Shown here one piece after another: positions 1 to 7,870 of a DNA stretch of 64,000 nucleotides. Position 1 is the first letter of the stretch; every line of letters starts with the position of its first letter. The position numbers and the translations under genes were made by a program. Source of the stretch: an uncultured Bacteroidota bacterium (lineage in GTDB: Bacteria; Bacteroidota; Bacteroidia; Bacteroidales; SZUA-534); contig CAMKOM010000012.1 of the NCBI GenBank assembly GCA_946414435.1, positions 2,980-66,979 on the forward strand, given 5' to 3'. Under the pieces are notes generated by a model. It was not told where the DNA came from. It was given only the letters and a program-made list of their open reading frames with translations, and ran no database searches.

Positions 1-1553
1 TACCCGTTAAGCAACAAAATTGCAAACAAGTCAAAATCACATTGAAGTAATGCTGAACACAACAGATACTGGCTTGCCACGCGATTGTTTGTGTTGGCAA
101 GAAACACTTCGACCATGTTGTTTTGCCTACTCTGCATATAGAAATCGCCTTTCGGATGTTGTTTTCTGACATTGTTAACAAAATCTCTATTCAAATCAGT
201 ATCCTCATCACCTTCCATGAAATTACGTCTGTCTGTAACAAACTTTCCGGAAAACATTACGTGCTCATACTTTTCAATAAATTTTTCAGCGGTCTGATAA
301 TCTCCGATAATTATCAGACAATCAATTACCATACGCATAACATAATGGCTTTCCGTGTATGTGGATTGTGCTTCGAATGCAAAATGCAATGCACTTGTTA
401 CAAGTCCCAAATTGTAATAAAACATTGAAACCGGATAACCGATGTTGGTTGCCATCGGTTTGTCAAGAAACAATCCTTGATTACCCAAAAGTTGCGGATA
501 GTAGAATATTTTTTCGGGCAACTGATTGTTTTGTGCTAGAGCCATATCGTAATAGAAATTTACAAAACGGTCATAGTTTGATTTTTCACTCAATTGTTTG
601 TTATTCTTCATATAACGAAGAATCCAATTCCAATCTTTTTGGTACGCGGCAACCTCCATCTTGAATCCGGCTCGTTCAACCGGATTGTCGTGTCGATGTT
701 GGAAAAACACAGTGCCAGCCGCAATCAGCACCACTGCCAATACCGATATTAATATGGCCTTTTTCTCTATTTTGATCCGGTTATAGGCATAGCCAATAGC
801 GATCAATGCGGGCAAACTGATGAAATACCAATAAGGAACAATTGTGTTCTTGAAACTTACAAACATCAGTTTTTGCGGACGAATGTCGTAGAATGCGCCT
901 TCGGGCTTTATTGGCATTATGAGCTTATACACTATCAGTGGCCAAAGAAGAGCAACAGCAATTGTGCCTACTAAGCCGGTCAAGTCTCGTTTATCGACTT
1001 TCAGCGCAAATTGCACAATAACACAGGCTGTATACGTGTAGAGTGCAACGGCACCACACGCATGATAGACAGTCACTGCCAGCAATGGCGCAACAATATT
1101 ATGCCAATTGTATTTTATCAAAGCCTGCTGCAAATTCAAGGCTGCAGCTAGCAACAGAACCTGCATGTTGATGGCAAAGGCGTATTTTATGTCGGACCAA
1201 GCAACAAAGGAAATCGCCACAGGAAGAATATACGCAAGCATTGCCACATAAGGGTTGTCACCAATAAGCTTCCGGACATATCGAGCTATCAGGAATGATG
1301 TTGCAAACAGCTCCGCCACAAGCAACAAAGCTCCAACAAAACGGAACATTGTAAACTGGTCGATGAACATTTGCATATATTCCGACAAACCACCAACCTC
1401 ATTAACAGTTGAACAGAAATAATCGGTTGTGAGCACAAATGCCGGTTGCTGGAAAATATTGTAGCACAATGGATTTATCACGTAATAGACAAACCATGCC
1501 AACAATGCGTATGACACCATAACGGGTATCCAACAAATTGGTTTCTTGATCAT
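1..1553 (-). CDS. multi-pass membrane protein, C-terminal end beyond left window edge; resembles Bacteroidota DUF6057-type proteins (family name from memory, unverified)
   Basis: ATG at 1553-1551. Hand translation MIKKPICWIPVMVSYALLAWFVYYV... stays open to nt 1, and with no stop in the window the ORF track omits it. Several hydrophobic segments are followed by a soluble helical region. The + ORFs 123..428 and 359..664 are shadows of it. Confidence 0.6.
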   Translation of the reverse strand, partial: MIKKPICWIPVMVSYALLAWFVYYVINPLCYNIFQQPAFVLTTDYFCSTVNEVGGLSEYMQMFIDQFTMFRFVGALLLVAELFATSFLIARYVRKLIGDNPYVAMLAYILPVAISFVAWSDIKYAFAINMQVLLLAAALNLQQALIKYNWHNIVAPLLAVTVYHACGAVALYTYTACVIVQFALKVDKRDLTGLVGTIAVALLWPLIVYKLIMPIKPEGAFYDIRPQKLMFVSFKNTIVPYWYFISLPALIAIGYAYNRIKIEKKAILISVLAVVLIAAGTVFFQHRHDNPVERAGFKMEVAAYQKDWNWILRYMKNNKQLSEKSNYDRFVNFYYDMALAQNNQLPEKIFYYPQLLGNQGLFLDKPMATNIGYPVSMFYYNLGLVTSALHFAFEAQSTYTESHYVMRMVIDCLIIIGDYQTAEKFIEKYEHVMFSGKFVTDRRNFMEGDEDTDLNRDFVNNVRKQHPKGDFYMQSRQNNMVEVFLANTNNRVASQYLLCSALLQCDFDLFAILLLNG

Positions 1554-1635
1554 ATTTTCAGTTTTACACAGAGTTGCGAAAATAACCAAATTAAATATCT
1601 GCACAGTTTTTCAACCCGAAAAAACCACCTTCGCT

Positions 1636-2730
1636 CTATTCCGCTTTTGCGTCGCCAATCAGTTTGAAAAATACCTGTTTAGGGCACCGGTAATTGTCGA
1701 AAAGCAAGGGGAAGTTCTTGCGCCCGCGCACCGGATAGTTGTTGAGCCAAGAGTTGCGGTCATCCAAGCCCCAGAAGGTGACGTTTGTAACTACATCGCA
1801 ATTCTTACGCAAGACATCGAAAATCATCTGATATTGTGCGGTCTGCGCGGCCTTTTTCTCATCGTCGTAGATGGTGACCTCGCGGCGGCGCATGGTGCGG
1901 CGATTTGATTCCCACTTGTAAAGCGAAACATCGAGTTGCGTGATATGCACCTGCAAGCCCATCGAGCGGAAGCGCGCAATGGCTGTCTCGAGCTGCTCGC
2001 GCGTAGGCTCGTAAAGCGACCAGTGGCCCTGCATTCCCACTCCGTCGATATGCACACCCTTGTCAATCAGGCGCTGAAGCATCTGACAGGTGCGCTCCAG
2101 CTTGTCGGGACGGTTCAGGTTGTAGTCGTTGTAGAAAAGCAGCGCGGTTGAGTCGGCCTCGTGGGCGCAACGGAAAGCGTGCTCAACATATTCGTCGCCG
2201 GCAATCTGATAGAGCCACGTGTTCTGTCGCAAGATAATAGTGGTGTCGTCAGCTACGGCGTTGCTCACCACATCCCAGCAGTAAACCTTGCCTTGATAGC
2301 GTTGCATAATAGTCTGAATATGAGCCTGCATACGACTGAAAAGCGAGTCTTTCGACGTAATGCGCTCACCGTCGAAGCACATCCAGTCGGGCATCTGGTC
2401 GAAACGGATAAGGCAGTTGCCGCGCACCTTCATATTGTTTCGCTGTGCGAAATCGACCACCTCGTCGGCCACACGCCAGCGGTAGCGGTTCTGCCGAGGG
2501 TGCATAATGGCGGGTGTCATCTCCTCCTCGCACGTCAGGCTATTGTAGTGCTTAATAATAAAATTGGTGTCGTTCATACTGCGCACAATGCTGCGGTTAA
2601 TCAGCACTCCCACAGGAAAATAGTCGGAAAACGACTCGCAAAGGCTCGGTATGCGGTCCTCGTTGGTTGAGCAACTTGCCAACGAGACTGTCAGTGCGGC
2701 CGAAATAGCAAAACAACTTATTTTATTCAT
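1636..2730 (-). CDS. GH10 (xylanase) fold lipoprotein with both catalytic glutamates substituted; probably non-catalytic
   Basis: Likely start is MNKISCFAISAALTVSLASCS (lipobox LASC) at 2730. GH10 landmarks LFYNDYN, IDGVGMQGH and VTFWGLDD are present. However, WDVVNE reads WDVVSN, ITELD reads ITQLD, ENEMKW reads EEEMTP, and RGHTLVWH reads RGNCLIRF. Confidence 0.85.
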   Translation of the reverse strand: MNKISCFAISAALTVSLASCSTNEDRIPSLCESFSDYFPVGVLINRSIVRSMNDTNFIIKHYNSLTCEEEMTPAIMHPRQNRYRWRVADEVVDFAQRNNMKVRGNCLIRFDQMPDWMCFDGERITSKDSLFSRMQAHIQTIMQRYQGKVYCWDVVSNAVADDTTIILRQNTWLYQIAGDEYVEHAFRCAHEADSTALLFYNDYNLNRPDKLERTCQMLQRLIDKGVHIDGVGMQGHWSLYEPTREQLETAIARFRSMGLQVHITQLDVSLYKWESNRRTMRRREVTIYDDEKKAAQTAQYQMIFDVLRKNCDVVTNVTFWGLDDRNSWLNNYPVRGRKNFPLLFDNYRCPKQVFFKLIGDAKAE

Positions 2731-2754
2731 ATACAAATGTTTATTTTTACGTAT

Positions 2755-2780
2755 AGAAGTGCAATGCATTGCGCCTCTAC
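2755..2780 (-). repeat. GTAGAGGCGC-type hairpin after the LRR gene
   Basis: Minus-strand sense reads GTAGAGGCGCAATGCATTGCACTTCT, an imperfect stem of about 10 bp around a TGCA loop. The first 10 nt are identical to the uxuA terminator at 9364. Confidence 0.6.
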
Positions 2781-2789
2781 CTATTACAA

Positions 2790-4508
2790 TCAATCGTTCA
2801 CCATCACCTGTTTGGCAATGTTCCCAACCTTGACAATATAAACACCAGTGCCGTTGACCTGCAATTCGGTGCGAACGCCCGATTCGGCAACCGTAGAGAC
2901 GTTGCGAGCAACGTTTCTACAAACCAATGTGCCCATAACGTTATAAACGCTGATTTCTTCCGTAGCATTCTCAACCACAATGTTTTTGCCGTAGGCATAG
3001 ATGCTAACAGCGTTGGCGGCTGTTTCGGTGACGGGGGTGGCAGTCTGCCATATAATATTTCCTTGATAAATATTATAACGGCTACCGTCCCAATTATAAT
3101 GGGTTCCATCCCAATTATAATCCCAACCATTCGGCCTTTCTTTGAAATCGCAATATATTGTTGCGACACAACCCGCAAATGCATAATAACCAATAGTATC
3201 GACAGTATTAGGTATGGTTACTGATTTCAAATTTGTACAATGGTAGAATGCATATTGACCAATGTTTACAACAGCATCTGGAATAACAATATCGCCACCA
3301 TTGCCTATGTATGCTGTCAAGTGAGTCTTTTCTGCATCGGAATAAACAAAGTCACCTTCAATTATGCCATTTACTGTAAGTGCTCCCCACGGACTGCCTT
3401 CTGCGTTGCCTGAATATATAATATTTTTGGCCATACAGAACGCATCTTCGCCGATGCTTGCAACTGTATTTGGAATGGTTATTGATGAAATGTTATAACA
3501 ATTCCAGAACGCTTCTTTACAGATGCTTGTAACTGAAGTCGGAATGGTTATTGATGTAATGTTATAACAATCATCAAAGGCTCCTTCGCCAATGCTTGTA
3601 ACCGAATTAGGTATTGTAACTGAAGTTAGGCCTCTCCATCCGGCAAAAGTATAATCGCCAATGCTGTCAATTGTGTTTGGAATTTCCAACTCTGTAACTT
3701 CGGTTCCACTTATACACAAACGATGAGCACACGATAGCGGATTAGAATAATAAGATTCAAAATCTATTTCTAACAAATGCTCAATACTTGCAAATTCGGC
3801 TTTTGAAAGATTATCGCAATCCAGAAACGCACCTGTGCCAATGCTCTTTACTGAATTTGGAATAATAACCGAAGTTAGACCACTGCATCCCTCAAAAGCA
3901 TAACTGCCAATTCTGTTAATTGTGTTTGGAATCACAATTTCTGTAACTTCTGTTCCGTTTATATATAGACTATGAGCACTCCATAACGGATTAGCGTAAA
4001 AAGGTCCAAAATCTATTTCTAATAAACTTTCAATACTTGCAAATTCGGCTTTAGTAAGGTTGTCGCAACCTTGAAACGCGCAACGTTCGATATTTTTTAC
4101 GGAACTAGGAATGGTAACTGATGTTAGACTAAGACAATCATCAAAAGCCCACGCGCCAATGCTTTTTACAGAATTAGGAATGGTAACTGATTTTAATTTT
4201 AAGCAACCGGGAAAAGATGATTCTCCGATGCGAGTAACAGTATTAGGGATAATTACTGATGTAAGTTTATTGCAGGCGGCAAAGCCCCCCCAACTTATTT
4301 CAGTAATTGTGTAAGTTACTCCATCATTCTCAACTGTTGAGGGAATGACAAGGTCACCTATAATTTGTGATGTGTCTGCAGCACCAATTGATACATAGTG
4401 TTCTTCTGCATCGATTATTTTGTATTTAAAATTGTCAACAACAAACTCCTGTGCCCACGCCTGCCCTGCAAGCATTACAGCAAACATTAGTGTGAAAATC
4501 TTTCTCAT
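2790..4508 (-). CDS. BspA-type leucine-rich-repeat surface protein with T9SS C-terminal sorting domain
   Basis: The track start at 4544 is TTG. ATG at 4508 gives the signal peptide MRKIFTLMFAVMLAGQAWAQ. About 23-aa repeats of the form IPNSVxSIGxxAFxxCxxLTSVTIP are present. The C-terminus IYAYGKNIVVENATEEISVYNVMGTLV...GVYIVKVG is a typical T9SS CTD. Confidence 0.85.
   Translation of the reverse strand: MRKIFTLMFAVMLAGQAWAQEFVVDNFKYKIIDAEEHYVSIGAADTSQIIGDLVIPSTVENDGVTYTITEISWGGFAACNKLTSVIIPNTVTRIGESSFPGCLKLKSVTIPNSVKSIGAWAFDDCLSLTSVTIPSSVKNIERCAFQGCDNLTKAEFASIESLLEIDFGPFYANPLWSAHSLYINGTEVTEIVIPNTINRIGSYAFEGCSGLTSVIIPNSVKSIGTGAFLDCDNLSKAEFASIEHLLEIDFESYYSNPLSCAHRLCISGTEVTELEIPNTIDSIGDYTFAGWRGLTSVTIPNSVTSIGEGAFDDCYNITSITIPTSVTSICKEAFWNCYNISSITIPNTVASIGEDAFCMAKNIIYSGNAEGSPWGALTVNGIIEGDFVYSDAEKTHLTAYIGNGGDIVIPDAVVNIGQYAFYHCTNLKSVTIPNTVDTIGYYAFAGCVATIYCDFKERPNGWDYNWDGTHYNWDGSRYNIYQGNIIWQTATPVTETAANAVSIYAYGKNIVVENATEEISVYNVMGTLVCRNVARNVSTVAESGVRTELQVNGTGVYIVKVGNIAKQVMVND
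3567..4067 (-). repeat. internal tandem duplication (2 x about 249 nt / 83 aa) in the LRR gene
   Basis: CDNLTKAEFASIESLLEIDFGPFYANPLWSAHSLYINGTEVTEIVIPNTINRIG... is repeated as CDNLSKAEFASIEHLLEIDFESYYSNPLSCAHRLCISGTEVTELEIPNTIDSIG.... Identical DNA runs include caatacttgcaaattcggctt. Confidence 0.8.
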
Positions 4509-4558
4509 AGTTATTGTGTTTAATAGTTCTTTTTGTTCCGACAATAATATTGTAATCG

Positions 4559-4566
4559 CAAATATA
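4559..4566 (-). promoter_or_regulatory. -7 box for the LRR gene
   Basis: Minus strand TATATTTG, 51 nt upstream of the ATG at 4508. Confidence 0.4.
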
Positions 4567-4617
4567 CGAAGTTTTCACTTCCTATTCCGCCCTATCCTGC
4601 CAACGTTGTTAAATTAT

Positions 4618-4645
4618 TTGCAACCGATTGCAACAAATGTTGCAA
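4618..4645. promoter_or_regulatory. candidate LacI-family operator cluster (three TTGCAAC half-sites)
   Basis: TTGCAACcgaTTGCAACaaatGTTGCAA. Positions 4619-4632 (TGCAACCGATTGCA) fit the LacI/GalR consensus TGnAAnCGnTTnCA at every fixed position. Positions 4628-4645 are a 7-bp inverted repeat. The cluster lies just upstream of the lacI -7 box, in the divergent promoter region. Confidence 0.5.
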
Positions 4646-4653
4646 AATTATAT

Positions 4654-4661
4654 TATGTTTG
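4654..4661 (+). promoter_or_regulatory. Bacteroidetes -7 promoter box (TAnnTTTG) for the LacI gene
   Basis: TATGTTTG, 20 nt upstream of the ATG at 4681. Confidence 0.45.
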
Positions 4662-4680
4662 CCTGTCAAACATTCGGAAA

Positions 4681-5697
4681 ATGGAAAAGAGCGAGATAAC
4701 CATCTACGACATTGCCAAAGAGTTAGGCATCTCGGCATCGACCGTGAGCCGCGCGCTGAACAACAACGCAAGCGTGAGCCAGAAAACGCGGCAGGAAGTG
4801 GCCGACTGCGCCGAGCGGCTCGGCTATCGCAACAACCCGTTTGCGGCAAACCTGCGCAAGGGCACAACCAACACCATTGGCGTGATTGTGCACCGCCTGG
4901 ACAGCCTTTTCATATCGGCATTCCTGAGCGGGGCCGAGAAAGCGGCGGCTTCGCGCGGTTACCAACTGATTATTGTTCAGTCGTTTGAAGACTCGAACAA
5001 AGAGATTGCCAACGCCAAGACAATGCTCGAAAAGCGCGTCGACGGACTGCTGGTGGCCGTGGCCAAAAACAGCGACTCGGTGGCGCACTTCAAGCCGTTC
5101 AACAACTTCGGCATCCCGCTCGTATTCTTCGACCGAATCATCCCCAACCTTGACTGCGCAAGTTTCTCGATTGACAACTACTCGGCGGCCTGCAAAGTGG
5201 CCACACACCTTGCCGAGCAAGGCTGCCGCGACATTGTGCACGCCACCATCGAATCAACTTCAATGGTGTATCGCGAGCGCGAGCGCGGATTCAACGAGAC
5301 GCTCGACAGGCTCGGAATCAGGCACCGCACGCTGCTAATGCCGAACATCGATTTTGAATCGGGCAAGGATTTGGCCAACTCACTGAAAGCCAGCGGACAA
5401 ATGCCCGACGGCGTATTCTTCAGCAACGATATGTCGGCCACAGGATTCATTACCGGAGCACAGGAACTTGGGCTGAATGTGCCTGACGATGTGGCAGTTG
5501 TGGGATTCAACAACGACATTACAAGCCGCATTGTGAAACCCAACCTAACAACCATCAACTACCCCGCCAACGAACTCGGCACAATGGCCACCAACCACAT
5601 TATCGACCATCTGCAAGGCATTAACAATCTGTATGTTACCAACCAGGTGGTGCTGAAATCGGATTTGATTGTTAGAGAGTCGTCAGTTAGGATTTAG
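4681..5697 (+). CDS. LacI-family transcriptional regulator
   Basis: ATG at 4681, MEKSEITIYDIAKELGISASTVSRALNN (HTH), followed by a periplasmic-binding-fold sugar domain. The upstream part of track ORF 4420.. is non-coding promoter sequence. Confidence 0.9.
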   Translation: MEKSEITIYDIAKELGISASTVSRALNNNASVSQKTRQEVADCAERLGYRNNPFAANLRKGTTNTIGVIVHRLDSLFISAFLSGAEKAAASRGYQLIIVQSFEDSNKEIANAKTMLEKRVDGLLVAVAKNSDSVAHFKPFNNFGIPLVFFDRIIPNLDCASFSIDNYSAACKVATHLAEQGCRDIVHATIESTSMVYRERERGFNETLDRLGIRHRTLLMPNIDFESGKDLANSLKASGQMPDGVFFSNDMSATGFITGAQELGLNVPDDVAVVGFNNDITSRIVKPNLTTINYPANELGTMATNHIIDHLQGINNLYVTNQVVLKSDLIVRESSVRI

Positions 5698-5761
5698 GAT
5701 TTTTGAATTACGAATTACGATTCACCGAAAAGAAATAATTCACCAATTAAACTATAAGGCA
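5686..5761 (+). repeat. mosaic intergenic element L1 (lacI / GH67 gap)
   Basis: gttaggatttaggattt - gaattacgaattacga - ttcaccg...attcaccaattaaac. The first module contains the lacI stop codon. Confidence 0.8.
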
Positions 5762-7870
5762 ATGAGAATCAAAAATTTAACATCAGTTACATTTGTGGCG
5801 GCGGGGCTGCTGGCTTTGGCTTCGTGCTCAAACAACAACACACGCACAACCATCGGCAACGACGGTCACCTGCTGTGGTTCAACTCGTTACAAATGGAAG
5901 CGCCTGCAACGCTCGGTCCGACGACCTTGCAGATTGCGCAGGAAAACATTGCAAAATATTGGAAATCAGACCGCAAGGTTGAACTGAAACTGAACAACGA
6001 AGCCGTGGCCGAACTAGGAACGGAAGGCTTTGAAATCGATTTTTCGGGCGCAAATATCTGTGCGTCAGCCAATAGCGAAGTTGGTCTGCTCTACGCTTCG
6101 TACGAACTTCTGCGCCTTCAGGAAACCGACGGGCTGGCCGCTCAAAACGGCAAACTGACGAGCGTTCCCGCCTTCGAGCGCCGCGTGCTCAACCACTGGG
6201 ACAACCTTGACGGCACTGTTGAGCGCGGTTTTGCGGGACATTCGCTTTGGAAATGGGACGAAATCAACGCCGACGACGTGGCCGCCAACAGCAACATCTA
6301 CGCCGAATACGCCCGCGCCAACGCATCGGTGGGCATCAACGGAACGGTGCTGAACAACGTGAACGCCAACGCCGACATCCTGACAGAAGATTATCTGCTG
6401 AAAGTGAAGGCTTTAGCCGAAATTTTCCGCCCGTACGGACTGAAGGTCTATCTGTCGCTGAACTTTGCGGCGCCAAAACATCTGGCCAACTTTGAAACAT
6501 CGGACCCACTTGATAATGAAGTGGTTGCGTGGTGGAACGCGAAGGTGGCCGAAATCTACAAACTGATTCCCGATTTTGGCGGTTTTCTGGTGAAAGCCAA
6601 CTCTGAAGGGCAGTCGGGACCGCAAGACTACGGCCGCACGCACGCCGACGGCGCCAATATGATTGCCAAAGCGCTTGAGCCGTTTGGCGGAATTGTTATG
6701 TGGCGCGCCTTTGTGTACGACGCCAAAAGTCCAGACCGCGCTAAACAGGCGGTTGAAGAGTTTATGCCGCTTGACGGCCAATTTGCTGATAATGTGCTGA
6801 TTCAGATAAAGAACGGCCCTGTCGATTTTCAGCCGCGCGAGCCGTTCAGCCCGCTTTTCGGACAGTTTGAGAAGACTCAGGCAATGGTTGAAGTGCAGAT
6901 TACGCAGGAATATCTGGGCCACTCGAACCATCTGGTGTTTATGCACCCAATGTGGAAAGAGTGCTTGGATTCAGACACTTACGAGCGTGGCGAAGGCTCA
7001 ACAGTGGGCGCCATCACCGAAGGCAAGGTTATGCCATATAAATACACGGCCATTGCGGGCGTGAGCAACGTGGGCAACGACCGCAACTGGTGCGGCCACC
7101 ATTTCGCGCAGGCCAACTGGTACGCCTACGGACGAATGGCCTGGAACCCCGAGTTATCATCGGAACAGATTGCAAATGAATGGCTTATGCAGACATTCTC
7201 GAAAGATAAAAAGTTTGTTGAGCCTGTCGGGAAGTTAATGGTGGCATCGCGTGAAGCGTGCGTGAAATACGAAATGCCGCTCGGCCTGCACCACACCTTC
7301 AAAGGCCCCGACCACTACGGACCTGGCCCGTGGGACCGCTCAATCCGTCCCGACTGGGAACCCGCCTACTACCACAAGGCTGCCGCCGACGGCGTGGGCT
7401 TCGACCGCACAATGAATGGCTCGGGCGCCGTGGCGCAATATCACGAACCGCTGAAATCGTTGTACAACGACGTGGCCACCTGCCCCGAAAACCTGATTCT
7501 GTGGTTTCACCACCTGCCGTGGGACTACAAAATGAAGAGCGGACGCACGCTCTGGGACGAGTTGTGCCTGACATTCCAATCGGGTATCGACGATGCCAAA
7601 TCATTCGTCAAGACCTGGAACTCGATTGAACAATACGTTGACCAACTGCGTTTTACCGATGTCAAAATAAAACTTGAGCGCCAGGCGAAGGACGCTATAT
7701 GGTGGCGCGATGCGACAATCCAGTACTTCCAGCAATTCTCGGGAATGAAACTGCCCGACGGCTGCCAGCCGTTCCAGCAGAAACTCGACAAACTTATGAA
7801 GTACCGCATCGGCATCACCAACTACGAGAATCCGAAGATTGAAACGCTGCCTGAGTATAAATTGGATTGA
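5762..7870 (+). CDS. aguA: GH67 alpha-glucuronidase, lipoprotein
   Basis: ATG at 5762, MRIKNLTSVTFVAAGLLALASCS. GH67 motifs RVLNHWDNLDGTVERGFAGHSLW and LVKANSEGQSGP are present, and the length of about 700 aa fits. Confidence 0.9.
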   Translation: MRIKNLTSVTFVAAGLLALASCSNNNTRTTIGNDGHLLWFNSLQMEAPATLGPTTLQIAQENIAKYWKSDRKVELKLNNEAVAELGTEGFEIDFSGANICASANSEVGLLYASYELLRLQETDGLAAQNGKLTSVPAFERRVLNHWDNLDGTVERGFAGHSLWKWDEINADDVAANSNIYAEYARANASVGINGTVLNNVNANADILTEDYLLKVKALAEIFRPYGLKVYLSLNFAAPKHLANFETSDPLDNEVVAWWNAKVAEIYKLIPDFGGFLVKANSEGQSGPQDYGRTHADGANMIAKALEPFGGIVMWRAFVYDAKSPDRAKQAVEEFMPLDGQFADNVLIQIKNGPVDFQPREPFSPLFGQFEKTQAMVEVQITQEYLGHSNHLVFMHPMWKECLDSDTYERGEGSTVGAITEGKVMPYKYTAIAGVSNVGNDRNWCGHHFAQANWYAYGRMAWNPELSSEQIANEWLMQTFSKDKKFVEPVGKLMVASREACVKYEMPLGLHHTFKGPDHYGPGPWDRSIRPDWEPAYYHKAAADGVGFDRTMNGSGAVAQYHEPLKSLYNDVATCPENLILWFHHLPWDYKMKSGRTLWDELCLTFQSGIDDAKSFVKTWNSIEQYVDQLRFTDVKIKLERQAKDAIWWRDATIQYFQQFSGMKLPDGCQPFQQKLDKLMKYRIGITNYENPKIETLPEYKLD

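Noticed and set aside
2760-2773. The palindrome TGCAATGCATTGCG upstream of the GH10-like gene shares TGCAA-N4-TTGC with the candidate LacI operator at 4619-4632. It could be a second operator.
   Set aside because: The centre is GC, not CG. On the sense (minus) strand it is part of GTAGAGGCGCAATGCATTGCAC, whose first 10 nt are identical to the uxuA terminator hairpin. It therefore fits the post-stop hairpin family better. The operator reading is kept only as a low-probability alternative.
4420-4680. N-terminal extensions in the ORF track: 4420.. for lacI, 5669.. for GH67, 42640.. for HAD, 37172 for TPR, 37263 for ftsE, 14149 for serC, 18655 for the TPR protein, 14038 for DUF1987.
   Set aside because: The extensions run through promoter or repeat DNA, or start at TTG/GTG. 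Internal ATGs give canonical N-termini such as signal peptides, an HTH or known family starts.
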